DNA from: a bacterium
GTDB lineage: Bacteria; Vulcanimicrobiota; JABDET01
Direction: 5' to 3'
Length of the DNA: 64,000 bases
Assembly (NCBI GenBank): GCA_021800275.1
Contig: JAJYZB010000003.1
Coordinates: 680 to 64,679 of the forward strand
The notes below the pieces were generated by a model that made no database searches, was not told where the DNA came from, and was given only the letters and a program-made list of their open reading frames with translations. This document shows, piece by piece, positions 48,945 through 59,381 of the stretch (position 1 is the first letter of the stretch; every line of letters starts with the position of its first letter). Both the position numbers and the translations under genes were made by a program.

Positions 48945-49025
48945 TTACGCGTTCAGTTTTCTATAGATTATATAAGCGAGGGGTGAACCTGTCGTTGAAA
49001 AAATCTGCCAAAACAGTTTTCCCAT
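48945..49025 (-). CDS. YqzL-like micro-protein (26 aa)
   Basis: Below the ORF-track cutoff; GGAGG RBS then MGKLFWQIFSTTGSPLAYIIYRKLNA*, matching the WxxFxxTGxxxxYllY pattern of YqzL-family proteins. Confidence 0.7.
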   Translation of the reverse strand: MGKLFWQIFSTTGSPLAYIIYRKLNA

Positions 49026-49207
49026 GTTCAACCTCCAATTCCTACCATACCCAAGAATAGTATAGCACACTTGTCAAGCCCTAAGCAATGGATCTAATTA
49101 TCGCAAAAATTGGCTGATTTATACGAATTTCGACAAATTTAACGACATTCTCGTAATTAACTCTGACTGGCTCAATAGATCTCTAAAAATCGCTGCTGGA
49201 TGGCGAA

Positions 49208-50380
49208 CTATTTTGTCTCTAACCCATGCAGAAGTTCGCTCATTTTCGTTTGGAGGACTACATTAAATTTTCCCCCTTGTATGTTGGCGGGAACAATCCC
49301 ATCTCCAATTTCAACGATCGCTTTCCATCTTCCATGGATGCGAGCTTTGTCCGTAGTGTCTTCCTCAAACCGTTCGACAGTTTCGGCAAGCCGCTCCATC
49401 GTGGGATTTTCCCCAAGATAATCAGCAGGATAACATGAAAGCTGCACGGCAAGATAAATGTCAGCCAGGTCATCCCAACAAGCTTTTGTTTCTTCTTCAC
49501 TCAAGTTCTCGTCCAGCATCTTTTCTAAAATGGCATGACGGAGAGCATTCACATTTTCCATAAGGAGAGCGTGATGTTTTCCATTTAACCATTTTGATTC
49601 AACTCTTCCTAAAAGTAAATCAGTGAGTAATTGTATGCGTTCAGTCATGCTGCCGCTTTTCACTTCGTTAAAATATTCAAGCTCTTTTAAAGCCAGCAGT
49701 GCTTCTCCAACTTTAATGACTCGCTCTTTTAAAGGAAGTTCCCTGTGCCGCCAAAAAAATTTTTGCTCAATTTCATCTAAAACAGTGTTAAGAGAGGCTG
49801 TAACATCATCAAGAAGTTTATACCGTATGGCAGTAGGATGAACGATGACTGGGGACAGGGAGCGCTTTACCCGTTCTTTATCTGCCATTTTTACCATCAG
49901 TGAAATTCCTTCCATGAATGGATGAAGAAGATCATTCGATCGGGTTATGTGTCCTTCGGGGAAGATAACAAGTGGACGTTCCCCCGCAATCATTATCTCT
50001 ACAGCCGTTTTCACAGCTAGACGATCCACTCCTTCCCTGTAAACGCTGAAAGCGCCAAAGGAACGCAGAATCAATTCCTTAATCCTGCCCTGCATGAACA
50101 GATGCCAGCTTGCCATGTAGTAAAAAGGGAAGCCGATTTTTTTACTGAGGAGTCCCATGACTGGAGGATCAGAAGGGCGGCAGTGATTTGGAGCAAGCAC
50201 AATGCCGGATCCTGATGAAATAGATCGCCGCAGATTGTCCAAACCCTTAAATTCAACGGAAACAACTCCGTCCTCTCTCTTCAGGTAAGCTGAGATAAAG
50301 AAATTTATAATTTTAGGTAAAATTTTTCCGTTAAATGGGGGAAAAAAACAATATGGTTTATTTAAAACAATATTTTGCAT
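49208..50380 (-). CDS. 1-acyl-sn-glycerol-3-phosphate acyltransferase family protein
   Basis: NHCRPSD (HX4D), GAFSVYREG, IFPEG. Confidence 0.88.
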   Translation of the reverse strand: MQNIVLNKPYCFFPPFNGKILPKIINFFISAYLKREDGVVSVEFKGLDNLRRSISSGSGIVLAPNHCRPSDPPVMGLLSKKIGFPFYYMASWHLFMQGRIKELILRSFGAFSVYREGVDRLAVKTAVEIMIAGERPLVIFPEGHITRSNDLLHPFMEGISLMVKMADKERVKRSLSPVIVHPTAIRYKLLDDVTASLNTVLDEIEQKFFWRHRELPLKERVIKVGEALLALKELEYFNEVKSGSMTERIQLLTDLLLGRVESKWLNGKHHALLMENVNALRHAILEKMLDENLSEEETKACWDDLADIYLAVQLSCYPADYLGENPTMERLAETVERFEEDTTDKARIHGRWKAIVEIGDGIVPANIQGGKFNVVLQTKMSELLHGLETK

Positions 50381-50530
50381 TTAAAAAAAATATTTTCTCT
50401 GAGGAAAGCTAAATGCCTACCAAATTAAGGATAAAATCTCAAAATAAAAGATTCATTTCAACAAAAGTTGCAAAAAATTTACAATTAACCCAGAGATTTG
50501 ACCGATCTTTCAGCCTGAAATGAGAGATTT

Positions 50531-51064
50531 TTGAGAAGACGTCATGAAATTTTGTACATGAAAGCCAACTATCTTTATCATGTGGATGCCAGAAACATGA
50601 AAATCTTGATGCAGGCAGCTCAAGGACCAGAGTCCTGGATATTCCCTGTTTTCCCTGTGAGTTTGCACAACGTGCAGTACAACTACTACTTGCTGCTGAT
50701 TCGCAAAATCACTCGAAATGCTCACAGCGGAGAATATAAAATAGAAGCCTATCTGGATCAACAACGTGTAAAACATAGAGTTTACTGGAAAAAAGGAAAT
50801 CTGTATGACGTCTCTTTATTCCCAAACAACAGCAGAGTTATCACTGAAAGTTCCTTTATATGGAATGATGAACAGTCGGACTTAAGACAGATCTCATATA
50901 TCCTGAATATGGATGGGGAGATTCAAATTTGTGAAAATCGTTCTGATATGCAAAAAGTGACAGTTTTCAAGCGAGAAAACGCATCACAGATTAAATTCTT
51001 CTCAAAAAGAATCTTTGATTTCATTCTAAAGAAACAGATCCATGTCCCTCTGATACCGGTGTAA
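50531..51064 (+). CDS. Hypothetical protein
   Basis: 177 aa ORF filling the gap; no recognised motif; start uncertain. Confidence 0.5.
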   Translation: MRRRHEILYMKANYLYHVDARNMKILMQAAQGPESWIFPVFPVSLHNVQYNYYLLLIRKITRNAHSGEYKIEAYLDQQRVKHRVYWKKGNLYDVSLFPNNSRVITESSFIWNDEQSDLRQISYILNMDGEIQICENRSDMQKVTVFKRENASQIKFFSKRIFDFILKKQIHVPLIPV

Positions 51065-51112
51065 AAGACCATCCATGAAAAAGTCAGTGGATAAAAGTTC
51101 AGAAGCATTTTT

Positions 51113-52018
51113 TTACCCGACAGAAGCGTATTCCTGGTAAAGCTGCGTAATACTGTCGGTAAAAGAACGATGCACAGGGTTCCATCCAATTTTTGAAGCT
51201 CTTTTTGTGGAGACCACCTGATCAAGAGCCAGGGCATCTGCAAAAAGCCCCATGTTCTGTTTTGCTTTATCCAAAGGCATTGACTGCACTTCTCCTTTTT
51301 TCCCTGCAGTCAGGCTGGCGCTTTCCGCCATGTCAAGCACCCTGGTGGGAGTTCCATCCACCCCATGAAAAATCCCAGAAGATCTACTTTTTGCGATTAA
51401 ATAATATAATTTTGCCAAATCATCACGGTGCACTAAGCTCCAGCGATTCTTACCCTCTCCCACATAAGCCGCTCTGCCATCTTTCAAAGCAGAAGAAAAA
51501 AATCCAGAACAGATTCCACCAGAGCCGCCGTAAACAATTCCAGGTCTTATAACAGCAGTGGTCAGGTGCCTTTCATTTTCAGATAAAACTCTTTTTTCGA
51601 CCTCCACCCTCCATTTCACAATTTCTGCAGGGTGATCGACAGGAGCTGATTCATCCACAAGAGAATCTCCTGTGTTTCCTAAAACCCATACCCCTGAAGT
51701 ATAAATAAAGGAAAGGGGATGATGGGCGGATTTCGCAGAAGTCAGCAGGGTTTCTACAGCCTTCTTGTCAATCAGCGAACTCTCGGGGCTGGTTTCGCTG
51801 CCTGCATGAATAATTACATCGTGTTCTGAGGCAACCTGAGAAAAAGCTTCTGGATTTTTTAAATCTCCAAAATGCGGCTCTGCTCCTCTCTGTTTCAAAT
51901 TTTTTTCTTTTTCTCTACTTCTTGTTAAAACAGTTACCTGTTCTCCATTTTTCATGAAAACTTCAAGAATTGCGCTTCCAATATATCCTGTTCCACCAGT
52001 AAGAAAAACTTTCATCAT
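51113..52018 (-). CDS. NAD-dependent epimerase/dehydratase (atypical SDR)
   Basis: TGGTGYIG, YTSGVWVLG, RPGIVYG, VHRDDLA. Confidence 0.88.
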   Translation of the reverse strand: MMKVFLTGGTGYIGSAILEVFMKNGEQVTVLTRSREKEKNLKQRGAEPHFGDLKNPEAFSQVASEHDVIIHAGSETSPESSLIDKKAVETLLTSAKSAHHPLSFIYTSGVWVLGNTGDSLVDESAPVDHPAEIVKWRVEVEKRVLSENERHLTTAVIRPGIVYGGSGGICSGFFSSALKDGRAAYVGEGKNRWSLVHRDDLAKLYYLIAKSRSSGIFHGVDGTPTRVLDMAESASLTAGKKGEVQSMPLDKAKQNMGLFADALALDQVVSTKRASKIGWNPVHRSFTDSITQLYQEYASVG

Positions 52019-52380
52019 GCTCCTCCTCTTTTTAATTCTTTTGGCAGGCTCTCAATTTTGCTGGCAAGAATAAAATCGTTTTCCGACAATCCCCCAATTG
52101 CATGGGTAGATAAAACAACAGTCAATTTTCTATAATTTGTTAGATGCAGATCCGGATGATGCCCTTCTTTTTCCGCCAATTCAGCAATGCTCCGAATCAA
52201 CTGAACTGCAGCAGAAAAGTTTTTCATTAAAAAAAATTTGGAAATCTGCTTAGAATCAGCATCCAGTTCCCAGCCTTGCATATCGGCTAAGTACGATTCA
52301 GCCTGACTTTTAGTTAAAGGGGGAACTCCGCCTTCACAAGGTTTACAGGACTTCTGCTGAAATTCTTGCATACTGCTCAT
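52015..52380 (-). CDS. phhB: Pterin-4-alpha-carbinolamine dehydratase
   Basis: CKPCEGG, AEKEGHHPDL, THAIGGLSENDFILA. Confidence 0.92.
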   Translation of the reverse strand: MSSMQEFQQKSCKPCEGGVPPLTKSQAESYLADMQGWELDADSKQISKFFLMKNFSAAVQLIRSIAELAEKEGHHPDLHLTNYRKLTVVLSTHAIGGLSENDFILASKIESLPKELKRGGA

Positions 52381-52545
52381 ATATTTTCAATCCAATCAAG
52401 TCAATCCCAAAGTTAAGTGGTTTCTTATCCAGTCAGTAATAGTTTTTAAATTCATGATTTTTCTCCTTTCGTTTCAAACATGTTAATTTTGTAGAAAATA
52501 GAATTTCTCTGCAGAGGAAAAGGCAACTACCATAAAGGAGAAACT

Positions 52546-52977
52546 TTGGCAGAGCTTGAAGAAAAGATCCAGGATACCTACTGCTTGCAAGCCGCGAATG
52601 AAGAAGATATGAAGAAGCAGAACGAAATACAGAAACTTTTGCAAAAAGGAAGAGAGGACCCCAATATTGCAGCAGTTTTACTTTACGGGAGCAGAGCCCG
52701 ATCTGAAGAAACACCCTTTTCTGATGTGGATGTTTGTCTCATATCACGCAAAAAACCTTCAATTCAAGAAAAATTAAAGTACTTAGAATACGATCTTGAT
52801 CTCCATTTTTTCCGTGATCTTCCTCTTTATATCAGAAAAAGAGTCATTCAGGAAGGAAAAATTTTACTTTCCAAAGATGACCCATTCCTTTATGATCTGG
52901 CATACCGCACAATCAGAGACTTCGAAGATTTTAAACCCTATTACTACCAATATTTGAAGGCAGTAGAAAGTGCTTGA
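52546..52977 (+). CDS. Minimal nucleotidyltransferase (MNT) antitoxin
   Basis: LYGSRAR...SDVDV motif; overlaps the HEPN gene start. Confidence 0.88.
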   Translation: MAELEEKIQDTYCLQAANEEDMKKQNEIQKLLQKGREDPNIAAVLLYGSRARSEETPFSDVDVCLISRKKPSIQEKLKYLEYDLDLHFFRDLPLYIRKRVIQEGKILLSKDDPFLYDLAYRTIRDFEDFKPYYYQYLKAVESA

Positions 52978-53392
52978 TAAAGAGCGGATTTTAAACAGAA
53001 TCTCCATTCTTGAAAAACATTTGAAAGAGCTGCAAGAGATCATCCCAAAGAGTTACCAAAATTATCAAGAAATCAAAACAAAAAGATCATGTGAAAGACT
53101 ACTGCAGATCTCTATAGAATGTGTCATGGAAATCTGTAGTTTAATGGTCGCTGGACTTAAGCTAGGGCTGCCTGGAGAAGAAGATGATCTGATTCAAAAA
53201 TTAATAAATTCAGGTATTTTTTCTGATTCACTAGGAGCAGTTCTGAAAAAAATGAAAGGATTCCGCAACAGGCTGGTTCATGAATATGAAAAAACGGATG
53301 ATCGTCTGGTTTATGAAATTTTAAAACGAAATTACAATGATTTTGAAAAATTTAAAAATTCAATCAAAAAAGCTCTTTCTTCGCGAAAATAA
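52970..53392 (+). CDS. HEPN (DUF86) RNase toxin
   Basis: ERLLQISIE, GFRNRLVHEY (RX4HXY). Confidence 0.9.
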   Translation: MLDKERILNRISILEKHLKELQEIIPKSYQNYQEIKTKRSCERLLQISIECVMEICSLMVAGLKLGLPGEEDDLIQKLINSGIFSDSLGAVLKKMKGFRNRLVHEYEKTDDRLVYEILKRNYNDFEKFKNSIKKALSSRK

Positions 53393-53480
53393 AAAGATTT
53401 GGCGATTGCGAATAGAACCTTAATTGTTCTCTTGAAAAGAGTGCGGATAAGCTTTTTTTACTATCCTTATCCACTGATTA

Positions 53481-54205
53481 AACCCCTGGTTCCCTTCAAA
53501 AAACTACTGCTGGCTTCCGCTGTGGATATTGGGATCATGAAACTGTCTTGGATTTTGCGTTTCAAGCAGCAAAAGCCATCAGCTATTTCGAGGACGCTGA
53601 ACGTGAACCAATGCCGCGGCTGCTGAAACCAATCTCCTGGGAAAAAATACGCTCTCACTTTGAAAATTTAAGTTCTGAAATCACTGCTGAGCTGCTGAAA
53701 TAAAAAAAACTATCTCGAGTATAATCTTTGCTCCGATCTTGCCCATGGCAGCAATCCTGCTGAAAGGGATTCCACTCCCTTCATTTTCACCTCTGAATGC
53801 TGTTTTTTTCCTTGAATTCCCTTTTATTTTATGGTATGATATGGGAAATGGTTTCAAAAAAGTTGAAAGTTTTTTTTAAAAAACGACTATCCGCCGCTTT
53901 TGACACGGTAAAACTATTTATGAAGCCCTTAAAACCCGTTTCCCGGACCCGTGAACTTTTCCCGAAAAAAAACTTGAAACTGCAGCGCTGCCAAACATCT
54001 TTCCTGAGTGTGTCAGACATCAGTTTATTAATCGAGGCTTTCTCACAGGCCATTTTGAAAGGAAAGTTTGCGCCTGGGCGAACCCTGAACAATCTCATTC
54101 TGTGATTGAGAACCTTGTGAGTGCGGCTTCCCTGGCTGGAAAGAGTGCATTTCAAAGTCTGAAGATGTCACTTTTCCCAATGAATATGGGAGGGAGAACT
54201 CAGTG
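53481..54205 (+). pseudogene. Probable degraded gene of unknown family
   Basis: Hand-read protein-like frames broken by stops and frameshifts: GYWDHETVLDFAFQAAKAISYFE...ELLK*KNYLEY...; HGKTIYEALKTRFPDP*TFPEKKLE... Confidence 0.3.
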
Positions 54206-54255
54206 AAAAAAGAATTATCACACAGTAGCAAAAAGTTATAAAAAGGTTCAAGGCA

Positions 54256-54495
54256 GTGACAAAAACATCGCATAATAAAAAACAAAATTTTAACTTAGAA
54301 GAAGAATGGGATTCTATTCTGAAAGAATTCGGTTCAAATTCTCCTCGATTCCGCAGATACAATAAAAAACAGCAAGAAAGTTGGTTTGCCTCACAACTTT
54401 TGTTGACTGTCATTGCAAAATCAAAACATGAACCATTAAAATCTGACCTGGAGAATCTTTACCTCGATTTCAAGAAACAAAGACTGAGCAGCTAG
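54256..54495 (+). CDS. Small hypothetical protein
   Basis: 79 aa ORF with plausible composition; no motif. Confidence 0.45.
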   Translation: MTKTSHNKKQNFNLEEEWDSILKEFGSNSPRFRRYNKKQQESWFASQLLLTVIAKSKHEPLKSDLENLYLDFKKQRLSS

Positions 54496-54509
54496 CCTAT
54501 TTTAAGTCA

Positions 54510-54947
54510 TCAAGATAATTGAATTTTTCGGGGAAAATCACTGTCTCCTATTTTATGAGTCAGCTTCCCATCGCTGCCAGTAACCGCATACTTTTCCCCT
54601 TTTTGTCTTTGCGCTTTTATCCATTTGGGGAAATAATTGCTTTCAGTGGAAATGACAGTAGAGAATTCTTGATAATTTAGACAGCAAACGCCATTATTGT
54701 TACAAACCAGCAAAATAAAAACTTCTTTGAACCCATTTTGAACTTTTTTGATTTCCTCTATGTGTGCTTCAGTGAAAGTAAATATCCACGGTGAAATTCT
54801 TTTTTGAGAATACTTAATATATATTGGTATTCTTTCGTCAATAATGTAAGAAGAATTGTTGGTTTCAATTTTCTCAAATCTACTTGCCTTTTCCCCTATC
54901 ATTCTTGAAAAGACCACTCCGTGAAAAAAATCAATATCAGCAATCAC
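54510..54947 (-). CDS. Hypothetical protein coupled to the Z1 helicase (possible degenerate PD-(D/E)XK fold)
   Basis: GTGA overlap with the upstream gene; YIIDERIPIYIKYS...PWIFTF. Confidence 0.65.
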   Translation of the reverse strand: MIADIDFFHGVVFSRMIGEKASRFEKIETNNSSYIIDERIPIYIKYSQKRISPWIFTFTEAHIEEIKKVQNGFKEVFILLVCNNNGVCCLNYQEFSTVISTESNYFPKWIKAQRQKGEKYAVTGSDGKLTHKIGDSDFPRKIQLS

Positions 54948-56812
54948 GGTCTATTTCTTCCCAAATTTTTTAAAAAATTGGTCCCACTGATTCCTAGGAA
55001 TTTATAGAAAATTCTAGCTTTCCTTTGGGCATTGTAGAACACTTTGATATGGTGAATTGCATGAGGGAACTTGCCTTTCTCGAGGTCTGCATCACCAATG
55101 AATCCTCTTCTTCTTGAGATGTTATCTTGATTTGCATCCGTATATCCACTAATACACGTGGGTTTATGGATAGCAATGGAATGGTTTCCATCAGGACTGT
55201 CCTGAGAGATAAAGTTTATTATATGCAACGGCAGCACGCCATCTCCAAGTTCATTTCTTAAACTTGAGAGCCTTTCCAATGGTGGAAGATCTCTTGAAAA
55301 ATTTGTTTCAATTTCTTGTGTAAGGACAAAGATTTCACAGCTTATTTCTCCGCTGCTCATTTGCACAGTAGTTCTATCAATGCTTGCGGCTGCGACTGAC
55401 CTTATTCGCCTATCTTCTATCCAGACTGGTGGATTACCGTTTTTCGCGGACTCAAGTGCTAGCCTATGAAAAACAAAACAACGATGCCAATCTGCGTATA
55501 ATTGCTCAGGAATTGTAAGCTCGAAATATTTAAGATAATGGCGTCTTAAGCCAAACATTCTGGCTCTTTGTATATAAGTATCCTGCTGCATCCTGGTTCT
55601 AACTGTTCTAGTAAAAAACATTGAAAGCAGGTTAACAAAAGTCACACCGCGGGAAATAATATTTCCTCCAATAGCTATAGTAAAAAGAGTTTTTGGATTT
55701 GAGGCTTTGTCTAAATTAGCCTGGTCTCTTTTACTATTTATAACAAGGACAGCACTTCTATTTATGTTATTCAAGATGTAACTTGTGATGTTATTTGCAG
55801 TGGTTGCATCATACTTTTTATTTGCTAAATCATATATTTGCCTTACATAGGATTCATACTTCCTGTTACTCGTATCTTTTAGGATATTAATCGCGTTAAC
55901 TATAACATTATGATCTCTTGAATGATCTACAGTCTTACTACTTGTATGTATAAGCATGGAATATGCTTTTTCTTTTTCGATATTTTCATTCTGATTAAGA
56001 TAAGCGACGTTAATCAAAAAACGGAATAGGGCTTCTATTAGAAATTTGGGCTCATCAGAATGTGCTGGTAAAAACTTAAGTTGATATTTTAGACTGTCAA
56101 TGCTAAGGTCAGATGGAAAGAAGTCATTATATCCAACATAATCTCTATGAGGCAGAAATTTAACCCATCTGTCATTAGCGTTTTCAAATGTGTTATTAAG
56201 ATCTAATCTCGCTGGAGTAGCGGTAACACCTATATACTTCTTTCCTTTTTCAAACAATTTCCCAATCAAACGGTTGATTTCAGTTTTATCTCCTCTATTA
56301 ATCCTGCCATTGGGACTTGCATAATCAGCCTCATCATCTATTATTATTTTATCAAATTCCCCGATTTTTCTAATTAACTTTCTTAAATCAGAAGCGTTTT
56401 TCTTGCAGAAAATAACCCAATTAGAATCCTTGATTTGATAAATTTCATCCAAAATTTCTGTATAATTTTTAGGATCAGGATCAATGCCCGCTTCTGAAAA
56501 ACGACGCAAATTTTGTTCTAAAAGTCCAACGTTATCGTTAAGTAAAATAACAATAATTTTATTCCCCTTATCCAATAGTTTGGCGGTTAACGCAATCATC
56601 ATTTCTGTTTTGCCACTTTGTGGATCACCATAAATAATGAAAGAATCTGCACCATTATCTAAATTTCTCTCGGCATCACTGACAGTTCCCTCAATAGAAA
56701 CTGTATCCTTCTCGCTCCTTTTAATACGATCAATCTGCCTTTGGTACTGAACGAATCTCTCTTTTCTATCTATAAATCTATTGATATCAAAAGTCATTCT
56801 GGTTTTCCCCAA
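54944..56812 (-). CDS. SF2 helicase/ATPase with Z1 domain
   Basis: GDPQSGKT, IIDDEADYAS, GVTATP, SMLIHTS, GGNIISRGVT, QRARMFG. Confidence 0.85.
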   Translation of the reverse strand: MGKTRMTFDINRFIDRKERFVQYQRQIDRIKRSEKDTVSIEGTVSDAERNLDNGADSFIIYGDPQSGKTEMMIALTAKLLDKGNKIIVILLNDNVGLLEQNLRRFSEAGIDPDPKNYTEILDEIYQIKDSNWVIFCKKNASDLRKLIRKIGEFDKIIIDDEADYASPNGRINRGDKTEINRLIGKLFEKGKKYIGVTATPARLDLNNTFENANDRWVKFLPHRDYVGYNDFFPSDLSIDSLKYQLKFLPAHSDEPKFLIEALFRFLINVAYLNQNENIEKEKAYSMLIHTSSKTVDHSRDHNVIVNAINILKDTSNRKYESYVRQIYDLANKKYDATTANNITSYILNNINRSAVLVINSKRDQANLDKASNPKTLFTIAIGGNIISRGVTFVNLLSMFFTRTVRTRMQQDTYIQRARMFGLRRHYLKYFELTIPEQLYADWHRCFVFHRLALESAKNGNPPVWIEDRRIRSVAAASIDRTTVQMSSGEISCEIFVLTQEIETNFSRDLPPLERLSSLRNELGDGVLPLHIINFISQDSPDGNHSIAIHKPTCISGYTDANQDNISRRRGFIGDADLEKGKFPHAIHHIKVFYNAQRKARIFYKFLGISGTNFLKNLGRNRP

Positions 56813-57022
56813 CTGTGTCTTCTACGCTACGGAATTTTTAGTTAAAATTACTTTTCCGGGCTGTGCTGGGATTTCCCTTTTGCGTTTTAAAGAAACACAC
56901 GAGTAAGATCAACTTAAAATGCTTGTGCCTTCACGAAACGCGGGAGAAAGCAAGGCGCAGACTATTCGCTGCTATCGTTTATTAGTAAATATCAGTTCAA
57001 ATCATTTAATGCTAATGTCTGT

Positions 57023-57739
57023 TTACTTCTTTCCATTTACAATCCGCTTTAAATCGCCAATGAACTTGTCAAACATTTTCACCCTATCGCTCTCTTCTAC
57101 GATCTGTTCGCTCATGACATAGCCGCCATCAGTGTCAAGTTCCACAATCGCCCTTCCTTTTTTTGCAGGGAACTTTTTAGTCAGGGTGCTGTCCTCATCT
57201 GGAGTTATAAAAAAGACTTTAATATGTTTTGTTACTTCATCTGAGCCAAGTTTGATTTTCCAATAACCTGTTTGAGCGATTCTTTCTCTCAGGGTTACTT
57301 TACTCGAAATAACGGCAACAGGGGTGCATGAATGTGGATCATAAATAACCAGATCTACATCAGGTAGATGATGGCCGAAAGAACCATAATCTACAAGAAG
57401 TGCTCTTTTCACAAGATTTAATTCTCGTGAAAGATGACTGTTTGTGGTTCTTTCTAATGCATTCCCTTCAACAATTTTAAGTCCTAAATTTTCGACTTCA
57501 TCTCTAATGATATGCAGAACAAGTTTTTCTAGATTTTTGCCTTTAAAAGCTCTCCAGGATTGTTCATGATCAGGAATCCTTCCTTCTGCTTTTGCTCGCG
57601 CTGCTGTTGTGCTATTCGCAAAGTCTTTCTTGTGAATCTCTTTTGCTTCTATTAAAAGAGAAGTGATGTGTCTGTAAGTTTCTTCTCCGTGCTTTCGCTT
57701 TTTATCCTGATACAGGGCCAGTAAATCATCAAACTTCAT
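57023..57739 (-). CDS. Type II restriction endonuclease, BsaWI-like
   Basis: QSWRAFKGKNLEKL, PDVD, SSKVTLRERIAQ (PD...KxxxRER, typical of CCGG-family enzymes); ATGA overlap with the methyltransferase. Confidence 0.8.
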   Translation of the reverse strand: MKFDDLLALYQDKKRKHGEETYRHITSLLIEAKEIHKKDFANSTTAARAKAEGRIPDHEQSWRAFKGKNLEKLVLHIIRDEVENLGLKIVEGNALERTTNSHLSRELNLVKRALLVDYGSFGHHLPDVDLVIYDPHSCTPVAVISSKVTLRERIAQTGYWKIKLGSDEVTKHIKVFFITPDEDSTLTKKFPAKKGRAIVELDTDGGYVMSEQIVEESDRVKMFDKFIGDLKRIVNGKK

Positions 57740-58989
57740 TGTATGTCTTGATGATTCTCTGACGAATTGGTTTCTTTCTCTGAATCTTTTTCTCTAGAGT
57801 ACTGGGTCCAATTAACTTTTGTTCTGGTAGAAGACAATTTGTTTTCAGAAACCTTCCTCATCAAAAAAAGGTGTTTGAAACCCCTTAAATAAAAGTTAAA
57901 TCTGATGGCTCTGTTATGCCACATTCCTGTATTAGATGTCTGATTCCGTCTGGTCACGCAGATCATGTCAACTGTTTCAAAATACTTACACAATCTCTGA
58001 TAAATGAGAAATCCAACAGGTGTAAATTTCTTTTTAACCCACTGATCTCCAATAAGCCAGCCTAACACTTTATCAGGTTTTAAAATCCGATGACATTCTT
58101 TCATTACTTTTTCAAGCTCATCATAAAACTCTTCAGACTCAGCCGAAATCTTGCCGATATTCCCTGGATGAGAATTATAAGCGATATTATCTCCATACGG
58201 AGAATCAATAAAAATCATATCCACACTGTTATCCTCTAAGGGGATTTTTCTCGCATCATTCTGGATGACATCAGATCTTGGAGGGGCTATATCATAAGCC
58301 ACACATTTTCGATTTTCTTCTCGGCAAACATCCAGGGTTGTGCCGCTCCCAGCCATAGGATCAACAACCAGATCTCCTGGCTCCGTGTATCTTTTTATCA
58401 TGTTATAAATAATAAAAGCAGGAGTAACTCCTGCATAACGGTTGTTCCCTTTAGGAGTTTTGCCATAACTCTGCCTTGGAAAATCCCACAATGTTGTAGA
58501 TTCAAGGGTGGGCTTGTCATCAGCAGATTTCTGAAGGTTTTTTAATTTTTTGGGTATAACAAGTTGAACATTGAGAGGATTTGAACCATTACTGCTTCCG
58601 TTTTCAAAACACTCAATCAGGATGCCTGCCAATTCGCTGCTGAGTGGCTCCCTCCAATCAATGCCCAATTGATTTAAAATTTTCCCAGAAGTCTTACCCA
58701 CTGTCGTTTTATTGGTTTTTTCAATTTTTACCTGATAGGGATACTTTCCACCCCAGGCTTCTGGAACAAGATCCTTTTTTCCATCAGATTCTGCTTTAAA
58801 TGGACCATAAAAAATATCTGAATCCAGGTTGAGCAAAAATAACCTGTCCCCCTTTTTCACCTGCAGAGCTTTTTCAGCATACAATTTATTTGTGGAGAAA
58901 AGCATTCTGTCAAAGCACTCTTGTTCAGTTTTGTTTGTGCAAGCGAAAATGTATCCCATGACTTCTGCGACTGTTTGTGCTTGACTCAT
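57736..58989 (-). CDS. Amino-DNA methyltransferase with N-terminal DCD-like (PUA superfamily) domain
   Basis: N-terminal GYIFACTNKTEQECFDRMLF...GDRLFLLN...YGPFKAESDG...AWGGKYPYQV; C-terminal VVDPMAGSGTT and DSPY. Confidence 0.82.
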   Translation of the reverse strand: MSQAQTVAEVMGYIFACTNKTEQECFDRMLFSTNKLYAEKALQVKKGDRLFLLNLDSDIFYGPFKAESDGKKDLVPEAWGGKYPYQVKIEKTNKTTVGKTSGKILNQLGIDWREPLSSELAGILIECFENGSSNGSNPLNVQLVIPKKLKNLQKSADDKPTLESTTLWDFPRQSYGKTPKGNNRYAGVTPAFIIYNMIKRYTEPGDLVVDPMAGSGTTLDVCREENRKCVAYDIAPPRSDVIQNDARKIPLEDNSVDMIFIDSPYGDNIAYNSHPGNIGKISAESEEFYDELEKVMKECHRILKPDKVLGWLIGDQWVKKKFTPVGFLIYQRLCKYFETVDMICVTRRNQTSNTGMWHNRAIRFNFYLRGFKHLFLMRKVSENKLSSTRTKVNWTQYSREKDSEKETNSSENHQDIQ

Positions 58990-59381
58990 TTTACATTCTC
59001 CTCCTGATGACTCTAACGGTACTCTGGTATTCCTGACACTTTAATTTTTTAGGGACAAAATCTCTCGGCTATGTGCTCATCCTGCAAAATCTTTTACTCT
59101 CAACACGATTCCTCCTTGTGGATTTCCTAAAATCACTCCACTGTGTTGGCAATTTTTGGGCGATTATATTTTTCATAGTGAATCCCAAATTGTCAGTGTT
59201 TCTTTTTGAAGTCTCAGGCGTCCGCCGACAAACTTTACGTAAGGGAGAATGTGTCCATTCTTGTCTTCTATATAAGCTGGAGTGAGAGAAGGCTCCTCAA
59301 AAGCCTCTCCAATGCCCATACTCTCTGCATTTGTCCAAAACCCACTCCAGTTGCAGTGTTCCAAAATCTCATAATTTTCTT

